DNA of 64,000 bases. Origin: Chitinophagales bacterium. GTDB taxonomy: Bacteria > Bacteroidota > Bacteroidia > Chitinophagales > Chitinophagaceae. How positions within the stretch are numbered: position 1 is the stretch's first letter; every line of letters starts with the position of its first letter. Shown one piece after another: positions 46,670 to 57,161 of this stretch. The notes below the pieces were generated by a model. The model saw only the letters and a list, made by a program, of their open reading frames with translations. It had not been told where the DNA came from and ran no database searches. The stretch covers positions 766-64,765 of the forward strand of contig JBBRSI010000001.1 in the NCBI GenBank assembly GCA_038245585.1, written 5' to 3'. The translations under genes were made by a program, and so were the position numbers.

Positions 46670-46786
46670 ATGGATAATAAAAGAGCTTCTGCTAAAAAGA
46701 ACTGGATGCGCTGGTACGTCGCGTTAAGTCTTTTTTTAGGGATACTCATTTTATTTTTTCTATGGTTCACTAAATATTTTTCATGA
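46670..46786 (+). CDS. Unannotated 38-codon single-pass membrane micro-ORF coupled to the symporter gene
   Basis: The ATG at 46670 gives MDNKRASAKKNWMRWYVALSLFLGILILFFLWFTKYFS. It has a basic N-terminus and one approximately 19-residue hydrophobic helix. Its TGA (46784-46786) overlaps the symporter ATG (46783-46785) as ATGA. It is below the length cut-off of the ORF track. Confidence 0.5.
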   Translation: MDNKRASAKKNWMRWYVALSLFLGILILFFLWFTKYFS

Positions 46787-48531
46787 GCAGTATTGACTGG
46801 ATCGTTTTATTCTGCACACTCACTATCATTGTTGTGTATGGCTTGTATAAAAGCCGCACGTCAAAAAATTTGGATGGTTATTTTCTCAGCAACCGGTCAT
46901 TGCCCTGGTACATGGTGCTTTTTAGTATCATGGGAACGCAGGCCAGCGCTATTACTTTTTTATCCGCACCGGGACAAGCTTTCACCGATGGAATGCGTTT
47001 TGTGCAATATTATTTTGGCCTTCCACTCGCCATGATCGTGATCAGCATCAGCTTTGTGCCCATCTTTAAAAAATTGAAGGTCTTTACGGCGTATGAATTT
47101 TTGGAACAACGTTTTGATGTAAAAACACGCACATTCACTTCCGCATTATTTTTATTATCACGCGGCTTTTCCACGGGCATCAGCATTTATGCCCCTTCTA
47201 TTATTTTATCATCCCTATTGGGCTGGGACATTTTCTGGACGAATATTTTTATGGGTGGGATTTTAATTATTTATACCGTAAGTGGCGGCGCGAAAGCGGT
47301 TGCTTACACACAACAACTGCAACTCGGAATTATTTTTACAGCCATGTTCCTGGCCGGTTATTTTATCGTGCATCAAATGCCGGCCAATATACATTTTACG
47401 GATGCTTTGTATGTAAGCGGCGCTTCGGGAAAATTAAATGTGATTACTTCCGGCATCACAAAAGATGGTTTTGACTGGAAAGATAAATACAATATTATTA
47501 GTGGTATTATTGGTGGCTTTTTCCTCGCCCTGTCTTATTTTGGAACGGACCAAAGCCAGGTGGGCCGATATCTTACATCAAAAAACACCAAAGAAAGCAG
47601 GCGAGGATTATTAATGAATGGATTAGTCAAAATTCCCATGCAATTTTTGATCTTACTAATCGGCGCTTTGCTTTTTTCTTATTACCAGTTTAATGAAGCA
47701 CCTGTTTTTTTTAACCGTGCCGTTCCGGAAAAAGTATTTCAATCAAAGTCCGGGGATACGTTGCGGCAAATTAATACAGACTTTGAAATGGTTTCCCGTT
47801 TACAATCAAAATACGCGATGCAATATGCGGATGCTGTGCGCAATAAAGATATTGCAAAAGAAATTTATAAAGACAGTCTGCAAAACGTTGCGAGCAGAGT
47901 CAACACATTGCGCAATGAATATAAAGCCACATTAAAAAATGCAGATGCTTCTATAGATACAAATGATTCAAATTATATTTTTATCCGGTATGTGGTGGAT
48001 CATTTACCCATTGGCCTTGTCGGATTGATCATTGCTGTTATTTTTTTAGCTTCCTGGGGATCTATTGCCGCGGCACTAAATGGGTTGGCTTCAAGTACGA
48101 TGGTAGATTTTTACTTACGATTTAAAAAACATAAAGCACATCCTATGCCTTTGGAAATTGCGGAACTGAAAAAGTATAATTTGTCGAAATGGTACACATT
48201 TGGCTGGGGCGTTTTCAGTATTTTTATTGCACAGTTTGCCAATAAACTGGGCAGCCTTATTGAAGCGGTGAATGTATTGGGATCTTTATTTTATGGCGTA
48301 ATGCTGGGTATTTTTTTGGTGGCATTTTATTTGAAAAGAATCAATGGTAATGCGGTTTTTCGCAGTGCAGTCATCTCTGAGATCATAGTCATTGTATTAT
48401 TTTATTTAGATAATCAAAATATTATTGGCTTAGGCTTTTTATGGTTAAATGTAGTAGGCGCATTGAGTGTGATTTTGTTTGGTTTATTATTTCAATTGTT
48501 TCAGAAGAAAAAAGTATTTGCCAGCATTTAA
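46783..48531 (+). CDS. Sodium:solute symporter (SSS/SLC5) family transporter
   Basis: 582 aa with about 13-14 TM segments. Typical SSF blocks are present (GGAKAVAYTQ, YFGTDQSQVGRYLT). Confidence 0.85.
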   Translation: MSSIDWIVLFCTLTIIVVYGLYKSRTSKNLDGYFLSNRSLPWYMVLFSIMGTQASAITFLSAPGQAFTDGMRFVQYYFGLPLAMIVISISFVPIFKKLKVFTAYEFLEQRFDVKTRTFTSALFLLSRGFSTGISIYAPSIILSSLLGWDIFWTNIFMGGILIIYTVSGGAKAVAYTQQLQLGIIFTAMFLAGYFIVHQMPANIHFTDALYVSGASGKLNVITSGITKDGFDWKDKYNIISGIIGGFFLALSYFGTDQSQVGRYLTSKNTKESRRGLLMNGLVKIPMQFLILLIGALLFSYYQFNEAPVFFNRAVPEKVFQSKSGDTLRQINTDFEMVSRLQSKYAMQYADAVRNKDIAKEIYKDSLQNVASRVNTLRNEYKATLKNADASIDTNDSNYIFIRYVVDHLPIGLVGLIIAVIFLASWGSIAAALNGLASSTMVDFYLRFKKHKAHPMPLEIAELKKYNLSKWYTFGWGVFSIFIAQFANKLGSLIEAVNVLGSLFYGVMLGIFLVAFYLKRINGNAVFRSAVISEIIVIVLFYLDNQNIIGLGFLWLNVVGALSVILFGLLFQLFQKKKVFASI

Positions 48532-48663
48532 AAATATAAATAATTTCCAAAAAAAGTTAAAGAGTTTAACATTCATGTTTTTCAAATAAGGCAGTTACCT
48601 CTTATCATGTTTTATATTTTTGAAAATCCTTACAATATATCTTCGATTTTCAACCTGCAATGA

Positions 48664-51135
48664 ATGCTTAAAAAATATATTTTTCTTTTTTTACTTTTCC
48701 CGCTGACTACTTTATTTGCACAGCAAAAAACGCTGCAGGCTGTAAAAGTTCCGGTACCACCAAAACTGGATGGAATACTAGACGATGCGGCCTGGCAGAA
48801 TGTGCCAGTTGCAAAAGGCTTCATCACGAATTTCCCCGATTTTGGAAAGCCTTCCATCCAGCCGACGGAGGTAAAAGTTATTTATACAGATGAAGCAATT
48901 TATATCGGTGCATTTTTACAAGATGATCCCAACCTCATCAAAAAACAACTTACGCAAAGAGATAGGGAACAATTCCAGGATGCGGATAATTTTGGGGTGA
49001 CTTTCGATACATACCACGACCAGCAAAACGCTTTTGAATTTATTGTTACTTCTGCCAATGTGCAAAGTGATGCAAAAATTTCTTCATCGAATAATTCATC
49101 TGATAATGGCAATGACAATGGAGGTGGTGATTATAACTGGGATGCAGTTTGGGACAGCCGGGTAGCCATCACCGATAAAGGCTGGTCTGTTGAAATGAAA
49201 ATTCCATATTCCGCGATACGTTTTGCCAAAAAAGATGTGCAGCAATGGGGCATCAATTTTAATCGTTTTATACGTCGTGTAAATGAAAAATCTTATTGGA
49301 ACCCTGTCAATCCAAAAGAATCAGGAATACTAAGCCAGGAAGGATTATTGACGGGACTTCAAAATTTATCACCACCTTTACGGCTATCATTATTACCTTA
49401 TATATCTACAGGATACCGCACTGTTCCAACCAACCAGGGTGATCTGAATAGTTTCATACATAATGGAGGTATGGATGTGAAATATGGCATTAACCAGGCG
49501 TTCACCATGGACGTTACACTTATACCGGATTTTGGCCAGGTGCAAAGTGATAATATTGTTTTGAATTTATCACCCTATGAGAAATTTTATAACGAGAACA
49601 GGCCATTTTTTACAGAAGGCACTGAACTATTTAATAAAGCCGGAATCTTTTATTCGCGGCGTGTTGGCAGTATACCGGGCGGGTATTATAATGCATTAAG
49701 TATAGCTGCGGACAGTAATTATACTATTTTAAAAAATCCCTCAGCGACACAACTTTATAATGGCACCAAATTTTCCGGTCGCACGGAAAAAGGTTTGGGT
49801 ATAGGTATTTTTAATGCAGTGACCGCGCCAATGCATGCCACTTTCCAGGACGAAAAAGGAAATAAAATAGACTACCAGACCGAGCCGCTGGCCAATTATA
49901 ATATTATCGTGCTGGATCAATCACTGAAAAACCGCTCCAGCGTTACATTTACCAATACCAACGTTATCCGCAACGGCAATGCGAGAGATGCAAATGTGTC
50001 TGCAGTGAATCTTTCTTTATTTGATAAAAAGAATAATTATAATTTTCAAACAAGTGGTTATTTCAGCTATGTTACAGGATTAGATCCACATAACGGGTAT
50101 AAGACTTCCAGCAGCTTTGAAAAAGTGAGTGGCACATGGCAATGGGGCGTATTCAACAATATAGAATCTAAAACCTATGATCCGAATGACCTCGGTATTT
50201 TACAGGCACCCAATGAATTTACGAATGGAGGTTACTTTAGCTGGAACCAATTTACACCAAGTAAATTATTTAATCAAAGACATTATGAATTTGATGTACA
50301 ATATACAAATCTGTTGGTTCCATTAGCTTTTAACCAATTGGAACTTGACGGACGCTTTACAAATGTATTCACAAATTTTTGGGATGCTACTTTGCATATT
50401 GTCAGTCATCCTTTATCAGACCACGATTTTTATGAATTAAGAACACCCGGAAGGCACTTAAACAAGGCACCATTTACTTTTTTTTCAGTAAATGGCAGCA
50501 CAGACAGCAGGAAAAAAATATTTGTAAATTATGAATTTGGGTATGCAGGTTTATCTCCGCAAAAAGATGATCCATATTATAATGCTGATCTCGGCTTTAG
50601 GTATCGGTTTAATCCAAAATTGAGCGTGAGTATTGAGGGCAACAAAGAATATGATAAAGGAAATATTGGCTGGGCATATTCTGATCCGGTAACGGGTGAA
50701 CCCATTGTTGGCTTAAGGTCTGTCACACAATTTACAACATCGCTCAATGCAGTTTATTATTTTCAGTCGAGGATGAATATATCATTTCGCGCCAGGCATT
50801 ACTGGAGTAAAGTAAACTACCACGAATTTTATGATGTGTTGCAGGATGGAAATTATCTGCCACGGCCATTTACAGATGGACTGGATGAAAATTTTAATGC
50901 ATTCAATATTGATATGTTTTTTACTTGGGATTTTCGTTTAGGCAGCAGGCTGATCATTGCCTGGAAAAATGCACTTGGTCCGGATGCATATATACCCGGG
51001 TATCCGTATGAAAAATATACACAAAACTTCCAACAGATTTTTAATGTGCCACACAGCAATGAGATCAGCGTAAAGTTTGTGTATTATATAGACGCGCAAA
51101 ATTTATTTAAAAAGAAAATGGTGAGTAAAATGTAA
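48664..51135 (+). CDS. CBM9-like domain + DUF5916 outer-membrane beta-barrel-type protein
   Basis: 823 aa. The signal peptide ends in FAQQ. The N-terminal block PPKLDGILDDAAWQNVP is typical of CBM9/DOMON-like domains. The long C-terminal region has alternating beta-strand character. Confidence 0.65.
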   Translation: MLKKYIFLFLLFPLTTLFAQQKTLQAVKVPVPPKLDGILDDAAWQNVPVAKGFITNFPDFGKPSIQPTEVKVIYTDEAIYIGAFLQDDPNLIKKQLTQRDREQFQDADNFGVTFDTYHDQQNAFEFIVTSANVQSDAKISSSNNSSDNGNDNGGGDYNWDAVWDSRVAITDKGWSVEMKIPYSAIRFAKKDVQQWGINFNRFIRRVNEKSYWNPVNPKESGILSQEGLLTGLQNLSPPLRLSLLPYISTGYRTVPTNQGDLNSFIHNGGMDVKYGINQAFTMDVTLIPDFGQVQSDNIVLNLSPYEKFYNENRPFFTEGTELFNKAGIFYSRRVGSIPGGYYNALSIAADSNYTILKNPSATQLYNGTKFSGRTEKGLGIGIFNAVTAPMHATFQDEKGNKIDYQTEPLANYNIIVLDQSLKNRSSVTFTNTNVIRNGNARDANVSAVNLSLFDKKNNYNFQTSGYFSYVTGLDPHNGYKTSSSFEKVSGTWQWGVFNNIESKTYDPNDLGILQAPNEFTNGGYFSWNQFTPSKLFNQRHYEFDVQYTNLLVPLAFNQLELDGRFTNVFTNFWDATLHIVSHPLSDHDFYELRTPGRHLNKAPFTFFSVNGSTDSRKKIFVNYEFGYAGLSPQKDDPYYNADLGFRYRFNPKLSVSIEGNKEYDKGNIGWAYSDPVTGEPIVGLRSVTQFTTSLNAVYYFQSRMNISFRARHYWSKVNYHEFYDVLQDGNYLPRPFTDGLDENFNAFNIDMFFTWDFRLGSRLIIAWKNALGPDAYIPGYPYEKYTQNFQQIFNVPHSNEISVKFVYYIDAQNLFKKKMVSKM

Positions 51136-51174
51136 GATTTTTTGAAACTATTGTATAGTAATAAGAATAACGAA

Positions 51175-51849
51175 TTATCTGCCTGTTTGTTCCGAAGTAA
51201 TTTCAATCAATGTATTTTTAGCGACTGCAATAATCCTGTCGCCATCTTTTTTTCGTACCTGCACAGCGCCTGCAAATGCACTGAATGCGGGCATTATACA
51301 ATATTGTTTGGTAAAATGAAAACAAGGCAGTACGATTGATTGTTTCGCTTTTGAAGAAATGCGTACGCCAGGATGTATATGGCCGCAGAATCCGTAGCCG
51401 GTTGATTCTTTAGAAATATTTTCGCAATCATGTATAAAAAAAAGTTCTTCCTCTTGATACCTATTTTCAATGCATTCGATGCCTGATTGATTGTATGATT
51501 TTTCCGATAAAATATCATGGTTGCCCATGATGAGTTTTATTTTTAAAAAAGGAAAATCATTTCTCCATTTAGTGAAAAGTTCAAGTTCTTTATTTTCCAC
51601 GCTATGAAAAAAATCTCCGGAAACAAGCAAGGTTTCACATTGTGTATTTTGAATGAGTGTAAATAATTTCTGTAGGTCGTGTAAAAAAACGGATTGCGGA
51701 ATTGCAATTCCAGATTTCCTGAAATGGCCTGCCTTCCCCAGATGAGCGTCTGAAATAATCAGCATTTTCTGCGCCGGCCAGTAAATTGCTTTTTCAGCCA
51801 GGAGCCACAATTCCTGTTCGCAAATTTCTATGTAAAAAGGTTTGTTCAA
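51175..51849 (-). CDS. pdeM: Ligase-associated DNA damage response endonuclease PdeM (metallophosphoesterase)
   Basis: 224 aa. Calcineurin-like motifs are ISDAHLGK, SGDFFH, GNHD and GHIHPG. It lies immediately downstream of the Lhr-type helicase, as in the described cassette. Confidence 0.8.
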   Translation of the reverse strand: MNKPFYIEICEQELWLLAEKAIYWPAQKMLIISDAHLGKAGHFRKSGIAIPQSVFLHDLQKLFTLIQNTQCETLLVSGDFFHSVENKELELFTKWRNDFPFLKIKLIMGNHDILSEKSYNQSGIECIENRYQEEELFFIHDCENISKESTGYGFCGHIHPGVRISSKAKQSIVLPCFHFTKQYCIMPAFSAFAGAVQVRKKDGDRIIAVAKNTLIEITSEQTGR

Positions 51850-51889
51850 ATTTTTTGTACAAATATAAAGTAGTCCATTTAACCAGGAT

Positions 51890-54340
51890 TTAAGTTTGCT
51901 GTGTAATCATTCTTTGAATGCGGTCTTCAAGTTGTTCGGAAGAAATTGTTTCGCGCATACTGTCCACTTTCACCGGGAAACAAAATGGAGTAAGCCTGTC
52001 CGGTGTAGTGATAATAATTTTTGAATGTTGAATTCTTTGCAATGCAGCACGCAATCTTTCTTCTTCCATTTGATCAAAAAAAACTTCCTGGTAAGCTTGA
52101 CGTATTAAAATATTTTCCGGTTCATATTCTTCAAACACTTTGTAAATGAGTGAAGTGGAAGCCTGCAAATGCCGCGCTTTTTTTTGTTCGCCCGGGAAAC
52201 CCTGGAATACAAGCCCACCAATTGTTGCGACTTCCCTAAATTTCCGCATAGCCATTTCATTCGCATTTACACTGCCCTGTATATCTGTAATTAAATTGTC
52301 TTCCGAAAAAAGTTGATAAATATTTTTTTCATGAATTGGAATTGGCTGATCGCTCAATAACTCAAAACTATAATCATTCATCGCCAAAGAAAAAGTAATG
52401 GATTTTATTTTACTGATCCTGCTTGCCAGTAGCGAAGCCATTGCTTCATGTACCAATCTTCCTTCAAAAGGATATACAAATAAATGATAACCATCTTTCG
52501 TCCGGATATATTCAATTAATAATTCACCGGCAGTTGGAATATGTGATAATTCTTTTTGTAAATCTAATAGCGGAGCAAGTATTTTTAATTCTATTTCCGT
52601 TTCTGTAGGATTGGATGCTTTATTTAAGGTTTCTCTTAATAATAATCCGAGGTTTGCTGAAAGCGGCATCCGGCCTCCATTCCAGCTTGGCACAATGGAT
52701 TTTTTGGAGGCCGATGGTTTTACCTGAACGGCCATATCTTTTATTTTTACAAACTCCAGGTTTCGTCCTGCGAAAGTGAAAACATCACCCGGGCTGAGCC
52801 TGCTGATAAACCATTCTTCTACCACACCAAGAAATTTTCCATTGGCCAATTTCACTTTGATCATGGCATCACTAACAATTGTTCCGATATTCATGCGATG
52901 CCGCATGGCAGCCTGCCTGTTTTTAATTCTATATATACCGCTTTCATCAATCTCAATCTTTTTAAATTCATCATACTCGCGTAAGGCCACACCACCATTG
53001 GTTATTTGTGCTATTACCTGTTGCCATTCTGTGTCGGTTATACTTTCAAAACAATGGGTAGATTTTATTTCTTTAAAAATATTTTCCGGTAAAAAACCTT
53101 CGCCTATCGCGAGTGTGCAGAGGTATTGAATGAGCACATCAAAACAAAGAACACGGGGTGTGCGGCTTTCAATTAAATTAATTTCAATGGCTTTTTTTAA
53201 TGCAGCTACTTCAATTAATTCCAGTGAATGTGTGGGTACAAAATAAATTTTACTGGTTTCTCCCGGTGCATGCCCGCTACGCCCAGCTCTTTGTAAAAAT
53301 CGCGCTACACCTTTCGGAGAACCGACTTGTATGATTGTATCAACCGGCCTGAAATCCACACCAAGATCGAGACTGGCCGTACATACAACTGCTTTTAATT
53401 TTTTAGTATGTAATGATTCTTCGATCCATTCACGCAGTTTGCGATCTATACTTCCATGATGCAAAGCCAATGCACCAGCGAGGTGTGGGGCGATTTGCAA
53501 AATGACCTGGTACCAGGTTTCGCTCATTCCCCTTGTATTAATAAAAATAAGCGTTGTATTATTTTCATCAATAATGTCCACAACTTTTTGCGCCAGCTTA
53601 ATGCCCAAATGCCCGGCCCATGGATATTTTTCAATCTCATCGGGATACACAGAATGGACTTCTATTTTTTTCTGCAAGGTGGTCGTAATAATTTTCGCTA
53701 CTTGTTTTTCTTTTTCAGGAAGACTGTATAATAAAACATCTTTGGCTTCCTGTAAATTTCCAATTGTTGCAGAGATGCCCCATATTTGAACAGGATGCAT
53801 TCCTAAAAAACGGCTCAAAGCCAATGTGGCCTGCACGCCGCGTTTACTGCCAACAAGTTCGTGCCATTCATCGATCACCGTAATTTTAAAATTTTTAAAA
53901 ACTTCCGGGTAATTTTTTTGTGCTAATAAAAGATGCAAACTTTCAGGTGTAATGATGAGCACCTGCGGCATATTGCGTTGTTGTTTTTGTCTTTCTGAAA
54001 CTGTTGTATCGCCATTGCGAATGCCAACGCGCCAGGGAATTTTTAATTCATTTAAAGCTTCCTGCATGGCACGCGCCAGGTCTTTTGCCAGGGAACGTAA
54101 TGGTGCTATCCAAATTAAACGCACACCATTTTTTTTACCTTTTTCTTTTTTTTCTTCATTTAAAAATTGAATCAATGCGCCAAGAAAAACAGCATATGTT
54201 TTACCACAACCTGTTGGTGCATTTACCAAACCACTTCTCCCATCCATAATTGCATTCCAGGTTTCTTCCTGGTAGGGAAATGGCGCTAAACCCTTACTGT
54301 GCAACCATTCCAGGATGATCGCATAACCCGGGCCCGGCAA
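51890..54340 (-). CDS. Ligase-associated DNA damage response DEXH-box helicase (Lhr-core type)
   Basis: 816 aa. Walker A NAPTGCGKT, DEWH box, TASLDLGVD and QRAGRSGH. The C-terminal Lhr-like winged-helix/beta-barrel region is present. Confidence 0.85.
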   Translation of the reverse strand: MPGPGYAIILEWLHSKGLAPFPYQEETWNAIMDGRSGLVNAPTGCGKTYAVFLGALIQFLNEEKKEKGKKNGVRLIWIAPLRSLAKDLARAMQEALNELKIPWRVGIRNGDTTVSERQKQQRNMPQVLIITPESLHLLLAQKNYPEVFKNFKITVIDEWHELVGSKRGVQATLALSRFLGMHPVQIWGISATIGNLQEAKDVLLYSLPEKEKQVAKIITTTLQKKIEVHSVYPDEIEKYPWAGHLGIKLAQKVVDIIDENNTTLIFINTRGMSETWYQVILQIAPHLAGALALHHGSIDRKLREWIEESLHTKKLKAVVCTASLDLGVDFRPVDTIIQVGSPKGVARFLQRAGRSGHAPGETSKIYFVPTHSLELIEVAALKKAIEINLIESRTPRVLCFDVLIQYLCTLAIGEGFLPENIFKEIKSTHCFESITDTEWQQVIAQITNGGVALREYDEFKKIEIDESGIYRIKNRQAAMRHRMNIGTIVSDAMIKVKLANGKFLGVVEEWFISRLSPGDVFTFAGRNLEFVKIKDMAVQVKPSASKKSIVPSWNGGRMPLSANLGLLLRETLNKASNPTETEIELKILAPLLDLQKELSHIPTAGELLIEYIRTKDGYHLFVYPFEGRLVHEAMASLLASRISKIKSITFSLAMNDYSFELLSDQPIPIHEKNIYQLFSEDNLITDIQGSVNANEMAMRKFREVATIGGLVFQGFPGEQKKARHLQASTSLIYKVFEEYEPENILIRQAYQEVFFDQMEEERLRAALQRIQHSKIIITTPDRLTPFCFPVKVDSMRETISSEQLEDRIQRMITQQT

Positions 54341-54400
54341 ATTATTTTTGCGTTGAACTTTTTTCGTCTTAATTTTTTTATGAAATTAAATAACCTTTTT

Positions 54401-55579
54401 TTAAAAAACACCAGTTACTGCGCCATTCAGCATATTGATGAAATATATTTTTTTATTTTCAAAATAATCCGGCAACTGGCTGTCTTCATCTAAAGTGACC
54501 GGTTGAAAATTAAATTGTGTAGCAACAAGAAATTCAGGATCATTAAGGTGATTGATCATGTCGCTATTATAGCGTGATAATAATTTTCCGAAATATAAAG
54601 TGCTTTCATAACCTTTAAATAACATATCCCCGGGATTGGAATAAAAACGCTGTTTATAAATTTCTTTAAGCCTGTCCACTGATTGCATACCCCCGGTATA
54701 ATGAAATGGTGAAGTATATATGATCCGCACATTATTGCAATTGCTGTATGTAAGCGCCCGGATTCCGTCCCAGGTGGGCATACCAATTGCCACTGTTGAA
54801 TAAGCCGTAGCATCGCTTAAAGATTTTACCAGGTTTAAGCCATAGGCTTCATCTAAAACACCGCATATAAAAATGTTTTCTTTTGTACTATCCATCAACG
54901 GAATTAAATCACTCGTCGATGGTTTGGTATTGAGTTCAAGGAAAGAAAATTTTAGACTTTTATCATTTTTATTCAGGTTCGAAAATTGTTTCTTTATTTT
55001 TTCTTCAATATATCCTTTCCTGGATAAATAAATAATTTTTGAATTATGGTAAGCGCGGGAAACATAACTATATAAACTATCTACATGCGTTTGCAATGTT
55101 GAATTTTCCATGATAAAAAATGGATTGCCATGGAGATATGCATCATTCGGATACGTAACAGAAATTACCGGAATATTTTTGCGCAGCGCAAATTCGGCAA
55201 AACTTTTTTGCTCTGAAGTATTAGTGAATGAAGCTATGATCAAATTGGGAGAGATCCTGTTCAACTCTTTAATGATCTCACTCACCGGTTTTGTTTTGCT
55301 TTTTGTATCATACACCCAGACATCTAAATTAATGCTGTCTCTTTGCAGTGAATCTAATGCCAGTTTTACCCCATTATAGAAATCGAGGCCGGGCATAAAA
55401 TAATGCGGGATATTTAAAGTACCCAAATTATAACTGTATCCTGTGTAGGCAGAATCAAGATCAAATGGAATTAAAACAGCGATCTTATTTGAAGATAAAC
55501 TATCGGTGGTTTGCGCACCTGCACGACAAAACAAGATTAGTGTGAAAATAAAAAGGAATATTTTTTTTGAAAGAATCAT
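54401..55579 (-). CDS. Periplasmic-binding-protein type I-like (LivK/ANF-receptor-like) secreted protein
   Basis: With the ATG at 55579 the product starts with the signal peptide MILSKKIFLFIFTLILFCRAGAQ and no longer overlaps guaA. The alpha/beta repeat pattern is PBP1-like. The family call is tentative. Confidence 0.5.
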   Translation of the reverse strand: MILSKKIFLFIFTLILFCRAGAQTTDSLSSNKIAVLIPFDLDSAYTGYSYNLGTLNIPHYFMPGLDFYNGVKLALDSLQRDSINLDVWVYDTKSKTKPVSEIIKELNRISPNLIIASFTNTSEQKSFAEFALRKNIPVISVTYPNDAYLHGNPFFIMENSTLQTHVDSLYSYVSRAYHNSKIIYLSRKGYIEEKIKKQFSNLNKNDKSLKFSFLELNTKPSTSDLIPLMDSTKENIFICGVLDEAYGLNLVKSLSDATAYSTVAIGMPTWDGIRALTYSNCNNVRIIYTSPFHYTGGMQSVDRLKEIYKQRFYSNPGDMLFKGYESTLYFGKLLSRYNSDMINHLNDPEFLVATQFNFQPVTLDEDSQLPDYFENKKIYFINMLNGAVTGVF

Positions 55580-55622
55580 TTGTTGCTTAAAATTTTTTGC
55601 AATAATGCAATTTGCATGCCTT

Positions 55623-57161
55623 TTATTCCCATTCAATAGTTGCAGGCGGTTTACTGCTGATATCATACACAACCCGGTTAATGCCCCGCACTTCATTAAT
55701 AATTTTATTAGAAACATCTGCCAGGAATTCGTAGGGTAAATGTGCCCAGTCCGCCGTCATGCCATCTACTGAAGTCACGGCACGCAGCGCAATGGTAAAT
55801 TCATAGGTTCTTTCATCGCCCATAACGCCCACACTTTTTACCGGCAATAAAATAGCACCTGCCTGCCAGGTTTTATCATACAAATTATTTTCTTTTAAAG
55901 CCTGTATAAAAATGGTATCTGCTGCCTGTAATAAAGCAACTTTTTCCGGCGTGATATCACCCAGAATTCTTATGCCAAGTCCGGGCCCGGGGAAAGGATG
56001 GCGATGAATCATGGATCCCGGGATACCCAATTCCAATCCCACTTTACGCACTTCATCCTTAAATAAAAATCGGAGTGGTTCAATCAATTTTAAATGCATG
56101 GATTCAGGCAATCCACCAACATTATGATGTGATTTTATGGTAACGGAAGGGCCATGCACGCTTACACTTTCAATAACGTCCGGATAAATAGTGCCTTGTC
56201 CTAAAAAAACCGCTTCGGTGTTTTTTTGTGCTTCATTATGAAAAACATCAATGAATGTTTTGCCAATGATCTTTCTTTTCTTCTCCGGGTCAGTTTCGTT
56301 TTTTAAACCTTCATAAAATAAATCTTTTGCATCAACGCCTTTCACATTGAGGTCAAGCTCGCGATAGGTTTCTAAAACCTGTTCAAATTCATTTTTGCGC
56401 AGCAAACCATTATCTACAAAAATTCCCTGGAGACGATTGCCAATTGCTTTATGAATTAATGTTGCGGCAACAGTACTATCTACACCACCACTTAAAGCCA
56501 TGATCACGTGACTGTTGCCAACTTCTTTTTTAATTTTATCAATTGTTTCCTGCACAAACATTGCCGGCGTCCAGTCCTGCGTGCAATGACAAATATTTAC
56601 CAGGAAATTTTTAATGATATTTTTTCCATTTGTAGTATGATAAACTTCGGGATGAAATTGTATGCCGAACAAACCATTTTCATCGTTGGAAATTTTCCTG
56701 AAAGCCGCGACAGGTATGCTTTCTGTTTGGCCAAGCAATTCAAAATTTTCCGGTAAAACTGTAATAGAATCACTATGGCTCATCCAGACCTGTGATCCGG
56801 ACATTTGCTGATCTAGTAATTCATTTTGTGCAGTCACGATCAGTTTAGCACGGCCATATTCTCTTTTATTGGATTTATCCACGCGGCCCCCAAATTGTTT
56901 TGCCATTAATTGAGCGCCGTAGCAAATACCGAAAACTGATACATGTTTTACAATTTCGCTGATATCAATTGTAGGTGCATCTGCTTCATTAACACTACAT
57001 GGAGAACCACTGAGAATAACGCCTTTTAAATTGGAATCTGTAACATCAAATTTTTGCTGAAAAGGAATAATTTCACAGAAGACATTTGCTTCGCGGACTG
57101 CGCGGGCTATTAATTGGGTGTATTGGCTACCAAAATCAAGGATCAATATTTTTTCTGTCAT
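55623..57161 (-). CDS. guaA: GMP synthase (glutamine-hydrolysing)
   Basis: The GATase domain has [16 protein letters not shown] and CYGAQL. The ATP-PPase loop is SGGVDSTV. The canonical C-terminus is PPATIEWE. Confidence 0.96.
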   Translation of the reverse strand: MTEKILILDFGSQYTQLIARAVREANVFCEIIPFQQKFDVTDSNLKGVILSGSPCSVNEADAPTIDISEIVKHVSVFGICYGAQLMAKQFGGRVDKSNKREYGRAKLIVTAQNELLDQQMSGSQVWMSHSDSITVLPENFELLGQTESIPVAAFRKISNDENGLFGIQFHPEVYHTTNGKNIIKNFLVNICHCTQDWTPAMFVQETIDKIKKEVGNSHVIMALSGGVDSTVAATLIHKAIGNRLQGIFVDNGLLRKNEFEQVLETYRELDLNVKGVDAKDLFYEGLKNETDPEKKRKIIGKTFIDVFHNEAQKNTEAVFLGQGTIYPDVIESVSVHGPSVTIKSHHNVGGLPESMHLKLIEPLRFLFKDEVRKVGLELGIPGSMIHRHPFPGPGLGIRILGDITPEKVALLQAADTIFIQALKENNLYDKTWQAGAILLPVKSVGVMGDERTYEFTIALRAVTSVDGMTADWAHLPYEFLADVSNKIINEVRGINRVVYDISSKPPATIEWE

